NCBI GenBank assembly: GCA_047601445.1
Contig: JASGJH010000001.1
Location: 2,144,001-2,208,000 of the forward strand
Direction of reading: 5' to 3'
Length of the DNA stretch: 64,000 nucleotides
DNA from: Myxococcales bacterium
GTDB taxonomy: Bacteria > Myxococcota_A > Polyangia > Polyangiales > DASUME01
The position numbers and the translations under genes were made by a program. Of the stretch, positions 47,231 through 57,123 are shown one piece after another. Every line of letters begins with the position of its first letter. Position 1 is the first letter of the stretch. A model generated the notes under the pieces. That model worked only from the letters and a program-made list of their open reading frames with translations. It searched no databases and was not told the DNA's origin.

Positions 47231-48157
47231 GTGCCGACTAAGATCCTGGTTGCTGACGACAGCGCGACGATGCGCCGAGTGTTGGAGATGACCTTCGCAG
47301 GCGAGGACGCCAGCGTAGTCAGTGTCGACAACGGAGACGCCGCGCTCAACAAGCTCGGGGACTTCGGACCCGACGTGGTGTTCGTGGACGCGGCGCTGGC
47401 AGGCGTGGACGGCTACGAGGTCACGCGTCGCATCAAGGCCCAGCAAGGCAAGGTGGCGGTCATCGTGATGGCCAGCCAGCACAACCCATACGACGACGGC
47501 AAGGGCCGCGCCGCAGGGGTGGATGACCACATCTCGAAGCCGTTCGACACGCAGTCGGTGATCGATCGCGTGGGCCAGGTTTTGGCGCGTCCGCGCACTG
47601 CCCCCGCAGCCGCCGAGGCGCCGCGCCCACCCGCCGCGCCCGCCGTGGCTCGTCCCCCTGCGCCCGCCCCGGTCGCTGCGGCCGCAGCTCCGGTAGCCAA
47701 CCCCGCAGCCTCCGCTCAGCGCATGGCTCAAGGCACGCGCCTTGGCCTCGGCGCCCCGGTGCCGCTCGCCCCCACCGCAGCCCCGGCCGCTCAGGCCACG
47801 GCCAAGCCGGCCGCGGCTCCCCAGCCCGTCCCGGCCGCGCCGCTGCGCGCCAACGCCACCATGCCGATGGCACCGGTCTCGTCCGCCAAGCCCGCCGTGG
47901 CCCCGGCACCGCCCGTCGCAGTCGCCCGTCCGCCCGCGCCGGCGGCGCCCGCTGCCGCGCCCGCGGTGGCGAGCATCGGTGCTCAGGCAACCGCGGAGCT
48001 CGCTGGCAAGCTGGGCAACCTCGGCTTGAGCCGTGAGCAGGTGGAGGGCGTGCTCGCGCTCTCCCGCGAAGTCATCGAGCAGGTGGTCTGGGAGGTCGTC
48101 CCGGAGCTGGCCGAGCAGATCATTCGCGAAGAACTCAAGCGCCTCACGGCCGACTGA
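47231..48157 (+). CDS. romR: Polarity response regulator RomR (receiver, Pro/Ala linker, RomR-C helix)
   Basis: GTG 47231 after GGAG; KILVADDSATMRRVLEMTFAGED; C-terminal SREVIEQVVWEVVPELAEQIIREELKRL signature. Confidence 0.9.
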   Translation: MPTKILVADDSATMRRVLEMTFAGEDASVVSVDNGDAALNKLGDFGPDVVFVDAALAGVDGYEVTRRIKAQQGKVAVIVMASQHNPYDDGKGRAAGVDDHISKPFDTQSVIDRVGQVLARPRTAPAAAEAPRPPAAPAVARPPAPAPVAAAAAPVANPAASAQRMAQGTRLGLGAPVPLAPTAAPAAQATAKPAAAPQPVPAAPLRANATMPMAPVSSAKPAVAPAPPVAVARPPAPAAPAAAPAVASIGAQATAELAGKLGNLGLSREQVEGVLALSREVIEQVVWEVVPELAEQIIREELKRLTAD

Positions 48158-48233
48158 GTTACGGCTCGAGCGTTTCCGCGCGCTCCTCCCGGCGCTTCTT
48201 CTCGAAGCCAGCCGTGCGCGCTACAAGAGCCCC

Positions 48234-49007
48234 GTGTTCGAAGAAGACGCTCGCAGCATCTCGCGTCTGGCCGGCCTCGGTGCCTTCACGGCAGCCTGGG
48301 TCGGCGCAGCCACCATGCACCAAGCCTTCGTGGCGCCCTCGGAGCGCGACGCGGTGTTCCAGCGCTATCTGCGGCGCTGGGCGGACTCGCTGGTCAGCCA
48401 GACCGGTGGACAGGTCATCCTCACGCCCGAGAGCCGCGTGCCGCCGCAAAACGGCCCGCGCCTGATCGTCTCGAACCATCGCTCGCCATTCGACATCGGA
48501 GTCCTGTTGTCGATCTTCGGGGGTCACGCGGTGAGTCGCGCCGACATCGCGCGCTGGCCCGTGATCGGCTACGCAGCGCGACGCGCGGGCACCATCTTCG
48601 TGGACCGCGACAGTGCCGGCAGCGGTGCGTCGGCCATTCGAGCCATTCGCCGCAAGCTGCAAGAGGGGGCCTCCATCCTCGTGTTCCCCGAAGGCGGCAC
48701 CTTCTATGGAGACGAGGTACGCCCGTTCCGAGCGGGCGCGTTCTCGGCGCTCAAGGGCCTCAATGCGGAGGTCGTCCCGGTGGGGCTGGCCTACGACCAT
48801 GGCAGCGAGTACGTGGACGAGACGTTCGTCGAGCACGTGCTGCGCGTGGCACGGCGTCGCCAGACGCGCTGCGTCGTGCACATCGGCACACCTCGGATGG
48901 CCCAGGGACGCGCTCAGGAACTCTCGGCTTCCCTTCACCAAGAAGTACAAAGCCTCGTGACGCGTGCGCGCGGACATTGGGAGAGCCTGCCTACCCCCGC
49001 CAAGTAA
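48234..49007 (+). CDS. Lysophospholipid acyltransferase (PlsC family)
   Basis: NHRSPFD, GTIFVDR, VFPEGG; start uncertain. Confidence 0.88.
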   Translation: MFEEDARSISRLAGLGAFTAAWVGAATMHQAFVAPSERDAVFQRYLRRWADSLVSQTGGQVILTPESRVPPQNGPRLIVSNHRSPFDIGVLLSIFGGHAVSRADIARWPVIGYAARRAGTIFVDRDSAGSGASAIRAIRRKLQEGASILVFPEGGTFYGDEVRPFRAGAFSALKGLNAEVVPVGLAYDHGSEYVDETFVEHVLRVARRRQTRCVVHIGTPRMAQGRAQELSASLHQEVQSLVTRARGHWESLPTPAK

Positions 49008-49045
49008 CGCCCCATGCGCACAGCCTTCTTCGATAGAATGGCGGC

Positions 49046-49774
49046 ATGCGGATCGCGGTGTTGTTCTCCTACGCGCTGAGCTTGGGCGCGGCGAGCCTGG
49101 TGGTGAGTTCGGCGCAAGCTCAGGGCACTCAGGCTCAAACCAGCGGCAGCGTGCAGGCCTCCTCGCACGACCAGGTGGCGGTGTCGGAGCCCGCTCCGGA
49201 GGAAAAGGACGAGGAGTCCGAAGATCCCATGGGCTGGATCGGCATCGGCGTAAAGGTCGGCCTGGCCTACGTCGGCAGCAGCAATATCACGCTCAACGCC
49301 AGTGACGTCGGCGCACCGACCGTCAACGGCATGCAGATCCCCTACTCCCACACCTTCGCCACCCCGCAACGCACCGGCGTTCAGGTCTCGGTGCCGATCA
49401 ATCTCGGTGGCGATGGCTTCGGTTGGGTCGTGGAGCCCTTCATGCATTTCGCGGCCTACAGGGCCACGGGCATCTATACCGGCCCCACCATCAACTTGCA
49501 CCTGGCCGACCCCGTGTACTTCGGCTTCGGCTTTGGTCCCAAGGTCGACTTCTTGAAGGCCGACGAACTCAACTTCGGCATCGATATCGGCGGACGCGTG
49601 CCCTTCACGTTGCACTGGTACCTCGGCAACGACCTGGCACTCGTGGGCGAGGCAGCCATCGGCTACACGGCCACCGGCATCATCAAGACACCGGCGCCCG
49701 GCATGGAAGCCGGCGACATCTCATTCGGCGGAGCCTTCGCCTGGGATTTCGGCGTGGGCATCCGCTTTCCCTGA
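49046..49774 (+). CDS. Small outer-membrane beta-barrel protein
   Basis: Signal peptide (AQA-Q); amphipathic Gly/aromatic strands; C-terminal FGVGIRFP beta-signal. Confidence 0.75.
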   Translation: MRIAVLFSYALSLGAASLVVSSAQAQGTQAQTSGSVQASSHDQVAVSEPAPEEKDEESEDPMGWIGIGVKVGLAYVGSSNITLNASDVGAPTVNGMQIPYSHTFATPQRTGVQVSVPINLGGDGFGWVVEPFMHFAAYRATGIYTGPTINLHLADPVYFGFGFGPKVDFLKADELNFGIDIGGRVPFTLHWYLGNDLALVGEAAIGYTATGIIKTPAPGMEAGDISFGGAFAWDFGVGIRFP

Positions 49775-51757
49775 TCACGTCTCGACGAGCTCTCTCACCA
49801 CCACCAACACCTGCCCGCCGTCCACCTGGGCACCGACGCCAGCCTCGATGGCCTCCACCACGCCGTCGCCCGCAGCGCGAATGGCGTGCTCCATCTTCAT
49901 CGCCTCCATCACGAGCAGACGCTGGTCCTTGCTCACGCGCTCGCCCACTCGCACGTCCACGGCGATGATCTTGCCTGGCATCGGCGCCACGTAGCCGCCC
50001 TGCGGCACCGCCGCGTCGAGTTCGGGAAAGCGCGGTTCCTCCCCGAACACGCAGGCAAAGCCGCCCTCTTGCACGAAGCTCCGCCCTGCCTCACGGGTCA
50101 CTCGGTACGCACGCCGCAAACCGTCGATCTCCAGCACGAGTTCGTTGTGCTCGGCCCGACACACCTGCACCGTGTGCTGGGCGCCGAGCACGCCGACCTC
50201 GAAGGTCCCCGCAGCCAGCTCGCGATACTGCACCTCGAGCACGCTCTCACCATGTCGCAACGCGTCCGTTTGGGGCCGCCACGGATGATTGCGAAAGCCG
50301 CCGCGCACGGCCGGCAACAACGCGCCCTCGCGGCGCAGCGCGCGGCGCGCCAACACGGCCGCGACGGCCGCAGCATGCACGCGCTCGACGGACGGCTCGG
50401 GCGCCAGCTCCGCGGCGTGCTCCTCGATGAAATGCGTGTGGATGTGGCCCGCCTCGTACGCGGGATGCGCCAGCAGCTGCAGCAGGAACTCACGGTTGGT
50501 GGCAATGCCCTGGACGCTGAGCTGGCGCAACGCATAGCGCATGCGCTCCGTGGCCTCGCGTCGATCGGCACCGTGGGTAATCACCTTGGCCACCATCGGA
50601 TCGTAGTAAATGCTGACTTCGCTCCCGCTCTCCACGCCCGTGTCCAGGCGTAGCCACGGCAGGCCCTCGGGCACGTGGAAGTCCACGATGGTGCCGCTCT
50701 GAGGCAAGAACCCTTGAGCGGGATCTTCTGCATAGAGCCGGCACTCGAGCGCCGCCCCACGCATGGTCACGTCCGCCTGCGAATAGCCGAGCGCCTCTCC
50801 GCGCGCCACCCGCACCTGCTCGCGCACCAGGTCGAGACCCGTCACGCACTCGGTGATGGGGTGCTCCACCTGCAGCCGCGTGTTGACCTCGAGGAAGTAG
50901 AAGTTCCCTGCAGGATCCACGATGAATTCCACGGTGCCCGCGTTACTGTACCCAATCGCCTTGCCGATCGCGACGGCGGCGTCGCCCATCTTGGCGCGCA
51001 GCTCGGGCGACAGCGCGGTGGACGGAGTCTCCTCGATGACCTTCTGATGCCGGCGCTGAATCGAACACTCACGCTCGAACAGGTGGAGCAGGTTGCCGTG
51101 CTGATCACCGAGGATCTGAATCTCCACGTGACGCGGCCGCTCGACGTACTTTTCGAGGATCAACGCGTCGTCCCCGAACGCCGAGAGCGCCTCGCGCTTG
51201 GCCGCAGCCAGCGCCTCCTGCACGTCCTCCGCGCGCCGGCACACGCGCATGCCCTTGCCGCCGCCGCCAGCGCTCGCCTTCACCAACACGGGGAAACCGA
51301 TGCGGGCGCACTCGGCCGCAAGCAGCGCGGGATCCTGATCGGTCCCGTTGTAGCCGGGCACGACGGGCACACCCGAGGCCATCGCGGTCTCCTTGGCCTC
51401 ACGCTTCTTGCCCATGGCCAAGATAGCTTCCGGCGAAGGTCCGATGAACGTGAGCCCCGCCTCCTGCACCGCACGCGCGAAGGCATCGCGCTCGGAGAGG
51501 AAGCCGAAGCCGGGATGGATTGCGTCTGCCCCCGTGCGTCGCGCCGCCTCCAAGATGCGCGCTACGTCGAGGTAGCTCTCGAGCGACGGAGCCGGGCCGA
51601 TATGCACCGCCTCGTCCGCCACCCGCACGTGCAAGGCCTCCGCGTCGGCGTCCGAGTAGACGGCCACGCTGGCGATCCCCATCGAGCGCAGCGTGCGCGC
51701 GATGCGCACCGCGATCTCTCCGCGGTTGGCAATCAGTACTTTGGAAACTCGCCCCAT
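49775..51757 (-). CDS. Acyl-CoA carboxylase biotin carboxylase/BCCP subunit (AtuF/LiuD/AccA-like)
   Basis: KVLIANRGEIA, GGGGKGMR, RECSIQRRHQK, EVNTRLQVEH, EAMKME biotin site. Confidence 0.95.
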   Translation of the reverse strand: MGRVSKVLIANRGEIAVRIARTLRSMGIASVAVYSDADAEALHVRVADEAVHIGPAPSLESYLDVARILEAARRTGADAIHPGFGFLSERDAFARAVQEAGLTFIGPSPEAILAMGKKREAKETAMASGVPVVPGYNGTDQDPALLAAECARIGFPVLVKASAGGGGKGMRVCRRAEDVQEALAAAKREALSAFGDDALILEKYVERPRHVEIQILGDQHGNLLHLFERECSIQRRHQKVIEETPSTALSPELRAKMGDAAVAIGKAIGYSNAGTVEFIVDPAGNFYFLEVNTRLQVEHPITECVTGLDLVREQVRVARGEALGYSQADVTMRGAALECRLYAEDPAQGFLPQSGTIVDFHVPEGLPWLRLDTGVESGSEVSIYYDPMVAKVITHGADRREATERMRYALRQLSVQGIATNREFLLQLLAHPAYEAGHIHTHFIEEHAAELAPEPSVERVHAAAVAAVLARRALRREGALLPAVRGGFRNHPWRPQTDALRHGESVLEVQYRELAAGTFEVGVLGAQHTVQVCRAEHNELVLEIDGLRRAYRVTREAGRSFVQEGGFACVFGEEPRFPELDAAVPQGGYVAPMPGKIIAVDVRVGERVSKDQRLLVMEAMKMEHAIRAAGDGVVEAIEAGVGAQVDGGQVLVVVRELVET

Positions 51758-51786
51758 GTGTGCGCTCCGCGTGCTCCTCGAACCCA

Positions 51787-53403
51787 TCAATGCCGGTAGA
51801 CGCCCCAACTCGTGGTCCCCACCACCTCGCGCGTGTGGGCCACGGAGAGGCAGATACCGAGCACGTCCCGCGTATCGCGCGGATCCAGAATGCCGTCGTC
51901 CCAGAGGCGCGCCGTGGCGAAAAAGGGATCGCTCTCGTTGTCGATCTGCATCTCGATCATCTTCTTCATCATCGCGAGCTTCTGCTCATCGAGGGTCTCC
52001 CCCTTCTTCTGAGCGGCCTGGCGCTGGATGATGTCGAGCACGCCCGCCAGCTGCTTGCCGCCCATGACCGCGATGCGGTGACTGGGCCACGTGAAGCAAA
52101 ACCTCGGATCGTAGGCGCGGCCCATCATGCCGTAGTTGCCGGCACCGTAGCTGGCGCCGATCATGATGGTGATGGCTGGCACCTTGCTGTTGGAGACGGC
52201 GTTGATGAGCTTGGCGCCGTTCTTGATGATGCCTTCCTGCTCGTACTTCTTGCCCACCATGAAGCCGTGGATGTTCTGCAAGAAGAGCAGCGGGATGTCG
52301 CTCTGATTGCACAGCGCGATGAACTGAGCTCCCTTGTTGGCGCTCTCGCTGAAGAGCACGCCGTTGTTGGCCAGGATGCCCACCGGATAGCCGTGTAGAA
52401 AGGCCCAGCCACACACCAGGGTCGAGCCGTAGAGGGGCTTGAATTCGCTGAAGCGGGAGCCATCGACCAGGCGTGCGATCACGTCGCGCACTTCGAAGGG
52501 CACCTTCACGTCGGCGCTCACGATGCCCAACAGCTCCTCGGGGTCGTAGAGCGGCGGCTCGGGCGCCCGCGCGGGCAAGGGTCCACGCTTCTGGAAGTTC
52601 AGGTGCGCCACGATCTCTCGGCCCATGCGGATGGCTTCGCGCTCGTCGCGCGCGAAGTAGTCCGACACACCGCTCACCCGGCTGTGCATCTCGGCGCCAC
52701 CGAGGGACTCGTGATCGGCGTCCTCGCCCGTGGCCATCTTCACGAGCGGCGGGCCGGCCAGGTAAACCTGCGCCTGCTCCTTCACCATCACGGTGTAGTC
52801 ACTCATGCCCGGGATGTAGGCCCCACCCGCGGTCGACGAGCCGAACACCAGGCAAAGCGTCGGGATCTTCTGCTCGCTGCGACGCGTGAGCTCTCGGAAC
52901 CCGCGCCCACCCGGCACGAAGATCTTCGACTGGTTCGGCAGGTCCGCTCCCGCCGACTCCACCAAGTTGATGCCAGGTAGCCCGTTCTTCTCCGCGATCT
53001 CCGCGATGCGGGCGCTCTTCTGCACGCCGATTTCGCTGACCGCACCGCCCTTCACGGTGGCCTCGGTGGCGGTGATCGCACACTCCGCGCCGCTGACCAG
53101 ACCCACGCCGCCAATCAGGCCCGCGCCGGGAGCCTGCCCGGACATGCCGTGGCCCGCCAGCCCGCCGACCTCGAGGAAGTAGCCGTCCCGGTCGAGCAGG
53201 AGCTCCACCCGTTCGCGTGGCAACAGCTTGCGCGCTGCCCGATGGCGCGCGTTGTACTTCTCCCCGCCGCCCTCGTTGGCCTTCGCCTGCGCTTTGGCGA
53301 GCTTGTCCAGCGAGACCAGGCAAGCCTGCCGGTTCTCCTGGTAGGCACCGCTCTCGCGGTCGACTTTGCTGCGAATTACCGGGAATGGTTGGCGCTCGGT
53401 CAC
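51787..53403 (-). CDS. Acyl-CoA carboxylase carboxyltransferase subunit (AccD2/AtuC-like)
   Basis: [56 protein letters not shown] 53403 preferred over ATG 53433, which lies inside the operator. Confidence 0.92.
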   Translation of the reverse strand: MTERQPFPVIRSKVDRESGAYQENRQACLVSLDKLAKAQAKANEGGGEKYNARHRAARKLLPRERVELLLDRDGYFLEVGGLAGHGMSGQAPGAGLIGGVGLVSGAECAITATEATVKGGAVSEIGVQKSARIAEIAEKNGLPGINLVESAGADLPNQSKIFVPGGRGFRELTRRSEQKIPTLCLVFGSSTAGGAYIPGMSDYTVMVKEQAQVYLAGPPLVKMATGEDADHESLGGAEMHSRVSGVSDYFARDEREAIRMGREIVAHLNFQKRGPLPARAPEPPLYDPEELLGIVSADVKVPFEVRDVIARLVDGSRFSEFKPLYGSTLVCGWAFLHGYPVGILANNGVLFSESANKGAQFIALCNQSDIPLLFLQNIHGFMVGKKYEQEGIIKNGAKLINAVSNSKVPAITIMIGASYGAGNYGMMGRAYDPRFCFTWPSHRIAVMGGKQLAGVLDIIQRQAAQKKGETLDEQKLAMMKKMIEMQIDNESDPFFATARLWDDGILDPRDTRDVLGICLSVAHTREVVGTTSWGVYRH

Positions 53404-53422
53404 GACGGATTCTCTATCATTC

Positions 53423-53459
53423 TGAATCGCCATTCACAATCAGAATGAATGGCCATTCA
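53423..53459. promoter_or_regulatory. Twin palindromic operator (TetR-like) upstream of the carboxylase operon
   Basis: TGAATCGCCATTCA (53423-53436) and perfect TGAATGGCCATTCA (53446-53459) in an AT-rich patch. Confidence 0.7.
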
Positions 53460-53616
53460 GCCACTGGAGGTTCCCTCGAGGCGCTCGAGGGTGATGCCCG
53501 CGCCTGCCCTCGGCCAACCGTGGCAGATTCGCTCCCGAGCTCGCGCGACTTCCCAGCGCGGCCCGCTCTCCCCCACTGAGCCGTTTTCCCCCGGCTTTGG
53601 CCCTTAGGAATACCCC

Positions 53617-54237
53617 ATGACCATCGCGGCAGTGCCCCCGACGACGCGTGCTCACGCTTCGGTAAGCGAGCTTTCCATCACGGAGCCATCCGATGCCGAT
53701 CTCGTGGCTCGGGCACAACAATCCGACGGCTGGGCCGAGGAGGCCCTGTTCCGGCGCCACGTGGGGAGGGTCGTGCAGCTCGCGCAGCGCTTGCTGGGCC
53801 CCAACGCCGAGGCCGACGATGTGGTGCAAGACAGCTTCCTGATCGCGCTGGAACAGCTGCCCAAGCTGCGGGATGGCTCGGCCTTCCGCGCCTGGCTCCT
53901 GCGCATCGTGGTGCACCAGGCGCACCGTCGCTTCCGCAAGCGCCGCATGCTGGCGCGGCTGGGCATCGTCTCGAGCGACGAGCTCGACGTGCTGAGCAGC
54001 CAGACCCGTGAGGACCTGACGCCCGAGTCCAAGGCGGAGCTGCGGCGGCTCGATGCGGTGCTGCTGCGCCTCTCGGTCAGCGAGCGCACAGCCTGGGTGC
54101 TCAGGCACGTCGAAGGATATCGACTGGAAGAGGTGGCCGACGCTTGCCAGTGTTCGCTGGCGACCGCCAAGCGTTGGCTCAAACGAGCGGACGAGCAGGT
54201 GCGCGCCCGGGTGCGAATCGAGGAGAACGGCGCATGA
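53617..54237 (+). CDS. ECF RNA polymerase sigma factor
   Basis: EADDVVQDSFL, FRAWLLRI, VEGYRLEEVA...SLATAKRWL. Confidence 0.92.
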   Translation: MTIAAVPPTTRAHASVSELSITEPSDADLVARAQQSDGWAEEALFRRHVGRVVQLAQRLLGPNAEADDVVQDSFLIALEQLPKLRDGSAFRAWLLRIVVHQAHRRFRKRRMLARLGIVSSDELDVLSSQTREDLTPESKAELRRLDAVLLRLSVSERTAWVLRHVEGYRLEEVADACQCSLATAKRWLKRADEQVRARVRIEENGA

Positions 54238-55676
54238 ATGAGAGGGGAAGAAGTACGCTCCCCACCCCGCTCGGAGAGCTACTCGAAAGCAACATCAGTG
54301 AACGCCACGAGGACCGACTTTGGGCCCGCATCGCGGCCCGGCGTCGTCCGAGTGCCACCGATGCGCGCGGAGAGTTGCCGCTGCCGTTGGCGCGCGCGCT
54401 GGTGAGCACCGAGCACGACCCTGCGACACGGGTCAAACACTGGCGGGCCATCCACGCACGGCGCGGTGCGGCGCCGAAGCCTGCGGATCGCACCAAGTTC
54501 CTGGTGGGTACGCTGGTGGGCAGCGGCTTGGCTGCCGCGGTCGTGGCCATGCTGCTCGTATTCGCGCCGCGCGACGTGGCGCGCGAGCAGGTGGTGGCGG
54601 CCAGCGCCCTCTTGTTGTCCAGCGGCGCGCCCCTACAGCCCGTCGAAGCGGAGCAAGCCGACGTGGAGCTGGTGCTCACCGATGCCTCGCGCATTCGCCT
54701 CGCAGCGGGCGCGCGGCTCGTGCCCCTGGTGTCCACGGCCTCGCGGGTGGACCTGGCGCTCGAGCGTGGTAGCGCGCTGTTCTCGGTGACCCCCGGCGGT
54801 CCGCGGCGCTGGAGCGTGGCGGCGGGCGCCGTGCGCGTGGAGGTGGTCGGCACCGAATTTCGGGTCTCGCGCGCTAGCGGCCAGGTGGAAGTGCAGGTCG
54901 CTCACGGTATCGTGCTCGTGTCGGGTCAAACGGTCCCGGGCGGCGCTCAGCGGCTCACGGCCGGCGATCAGCTGCGCGTGGAGTCGAGCGCGGTCGCAAG
55001 TGCGCCGCAAGTCCTGCCCCCCGCGCCTGTGATCCCCGAAGTCACGGCCCAGATTGCGCCGCCTGTCGAGGTAGCCCCGACCCCGCTCGAGAGCCCGGTC
55101 GACGACCCGCTCGCCAGCGTGAGTGCGCGCTCGCCTCGCAAGAAGCGCCCCGGCAGTCACTCAGGCGGGCCTAATTGGAGCTCGCTCTCCGCCGGATCGG
55201 AGGCCGATGCCAAGTGGCGTCTCGAGCTTGGTGAAGGTCGCTACGACGCGGCGTATCGCGCGCTCGGCTCCGCTCAGTTCGCCCACGCCACCCGACTCGC
55301 GCGCTCGGCCGAAGAGCTGCTCGACCTGGCAGACGTCGCGCGGCTCTCAGGACACGCCCGCGACGCCGTGATCCCGTTGAAGCGCTTGCTCGACGACTTC
55401 TCGGACAGCCCGCACGCCGCCGTGGCAGCCTTCACGCTCGGACGCACGCTGCTCGATCAAATGCACGATGCGACCGGCGCGGCCCAGGCGTTTCAGCGCG
55501 CCATTGGTCTGCGCCCGCCACACGCCCTGCTCGAGGATTGTCACGCGCGCCTGGTGCAGGCTCAGCTCCAGGCCGGCGCGCGCGATGAAGCGCAGCGGGC
55601 CGCCGACAAGTACCGCATGCTGTTCCCCAACGGGCGCCACTTGGCCGAGCTCGAACGCTGGTTGCAGTCGGAGTGA
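54234..55676 (+). CDS. FecR-domain anti-sigma factor with C-terminal TPR
   Basis: ATGA overlap; TM; LTDASRIRL, VEVVGTEFRV, VQVAHGIVLV; TPR ending YRMLFPNGRH. Confidence 0.88.
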   Translation: MNERGRSTLPTPLGELLESNISERHEDRLWARIAARRRPSATDARGELPLPLARALVSTEHDPATRVKHWRAIHARRGAAPKPADRTKFLVGTLVGSGLAAAVVAMLLVFAPRDVAREQVVAASALLLSSGAPLQPVEAEQADVELVLTDASRIRLAAGARLVPLVSTASRVDLALERGSALFSVTPGGPRRWSVAAGAVRVEVVGTEFRVSRASGQVEVQVAHGIVLVSGQTVPGGAQRLTAGDQLRVESSAVASAPQVLPPAPVIPEVTAQIAPPVEVAPTPLESPVDDPLASVSARSPRKKRPGSHSGGPNWSSLSAGSEADAKWRLELGEGRYDAAYRALGSAQFAHATRLARSAEELLDLADVARLSGHARDAVIPLKRLLDDFSDSPHAAVAAFTLGRTLLDQMHDATGAAQAFQRAIGLRPPHALLEDCHARLVQAQLQAGARDEAQRAADKYRMLFPNGRHLAELERWLQSE

Positions 55677-56761
55677 GGTCACTTCTCATCTCGTGTGCCT
55701 GGCTCCTTGGGCTGAGCTTGGTCCGTCCGTCGTCGGCTTGCGCGGAGGACGTGCCCACCGGCGTGCAGGTGGTGATCGCCGAGTGCCCGGCCATCGTGCA
55801 GCGCAAGAAGCTGGTCGAGCATCTGCGCATCGAGCTGTTCGCCACCGGCGTGCAGGAACTCGCGCTGATGGATCCCGAGCTCGGCGCGACCTCGTCTCAA
55901 AACAGCCCCGACCGTCTCGCCACCGTGCAGATCTACTACCCGGAGTGCGACGAGGAGAGCGGCCTCGTGAACCTGCGCATCTCGGACCGGCTCACGGCCA
56001 AGTACGTGGAACGCGCGCTCTTCGTCGGAGACGTCGATCTACAGGCGCGCCCGCGCACGATTGCGCTGGCCGTCGGGGAGCTATTGCGCGCGTCATGGAT
56101 GGAGCTCGTGCTCTCCACGGACGAAGCCGAAGAAGGCAGCCCATCTCACACGCTCCGCAACCGCATGATCACGCGCTTGCAGGCGGCCGAAGAGCGCCGC
56201 GCCCCCGAAGCAGCAATCGATCCCAGCGAGCTCGTAGAGCGCGAGGTCGAAGGGCGCCCCTGGTTCCGCCCACGCATCGAATGGATTGCAGGTGGGCGCA
56301 TGTTCCCGGAGGGCGCGAGTGGCGCTCTCAGTTCCGCGGTCAGCCTCTCTCATCCGCTCAATGGCCACCTGCGCTTTCACCTCGGGGCCATCGCGGCGGG
56401 CGGCGGCACCAACGCGGACCGCACCATCCACTTGTTCGAGGCTGCGGGACGCACCGGCATTGGCGTCACGGGCGGCAAAGAGATCGAGATCGAGTTGGCG
56501 AGCATCTTCGAGCTGGGTTGGGCTCAGTTGAGCGGAACGAAGGTGAAGGACACGAGCTCGTTCATGATGATCGGTGCCCTGCAAGGCACGGTGCGGACGC
56601 GCATCACGCGAGGGCTCGATGTGCTGGTCGGCCTCGAAGGCGGCTATGTCCTCACTCCGCTCGTCCTCACGTTCCACGACGAAGACTTGGGCACCCACGT
56701 ACGAGGAGGCCTGAGCGGGCCATTGATCGGTATCCTGATTGGGCTGAGCGGCACGTTGTAA
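55673..56761 (+). CDS. Exported protein, periplasmic domain plus probable C-terminal beta-barrel; third gene of the ECF-FecR operon
   Basis: GTGA overlap; signal peptide; two Cys; amphipathic strands in the C-terminal half. Confidence 0.7.
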   Translation: MRSLLISCAWLLGLSLVRPSSACAEDVPTGVQVVIAECPAIVQRKKLVEHLRIELFATGVQELALMDPELGATSSQNSPDRLATVQIYYPECDEESGLVNLRISDRLTAKYVERALFVGDVDLQARPRTIALAVGELLRASWMELVLSTDEAEEGSPSHTLRNRMITRLQAAEERRAPEAAIDPSELVEREVEGRPWFRPRIEWIAGGRMFPEGASGALSSAVSLSHPLNGHLRFHLGAIAAGGGTNADRTIHLFEAAGRTGIGVTGGKEIEIELASIFELGWAQLSGTKVKDTSSFMMIGALQGTVRTRITRGLDVLVGLEGGYVLTPLVLTFHDEDLGTHVRGGLSGPLIGILIGLSGTL

Positions 56762-57071
56762 TCGCTTGTCGAGACGCAAAAAGGCGGTGGTGAGGCCGAC
56801 ATCGCGGTCGATTCGCATTGCGAGGTGGGGCCGATGCGCCGATGATTTAGAAAGGCGCTGTCAATCGATCCGCCGCACGCAGGAGGAACGTTTTCGGCGG
56901 TTCGCGCAGCGCGGCACGGAAGTTCCCCAAGCTTCCGCGAGCTATCAAGGCGCATGTGAACGTTCTGGTTTTCCCCACACAGAGAGTCACGATAGCCACG
57001 GGTTGAAAGACACCCAAACCAGCCCAGCACTGGGGCAGGCGCGATTCCTCGGAGAACGCGCTGCCAGCAAG

Positions 57072-57104
57072 GAAGACCGGCGGCCAAGCGGCTCGCCGGT
57101 CTTC
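57072..57104. terminator. Bidirectional terminator-like hairpin
   Basis: GAAGACCGGCG...CGCCGGTCTTC 11-bp stem between convergent genes. Confidence 0.65.
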
Positions 57105-57123
57105 GTCTTTCTGCCGACTCGCT

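Noticed and set aside
56910..56926. CGGCACGGAAGTTCC sigma-54-like box
   Set aside because: The -12 GC is missing and no plus-strand gene lies downstream.
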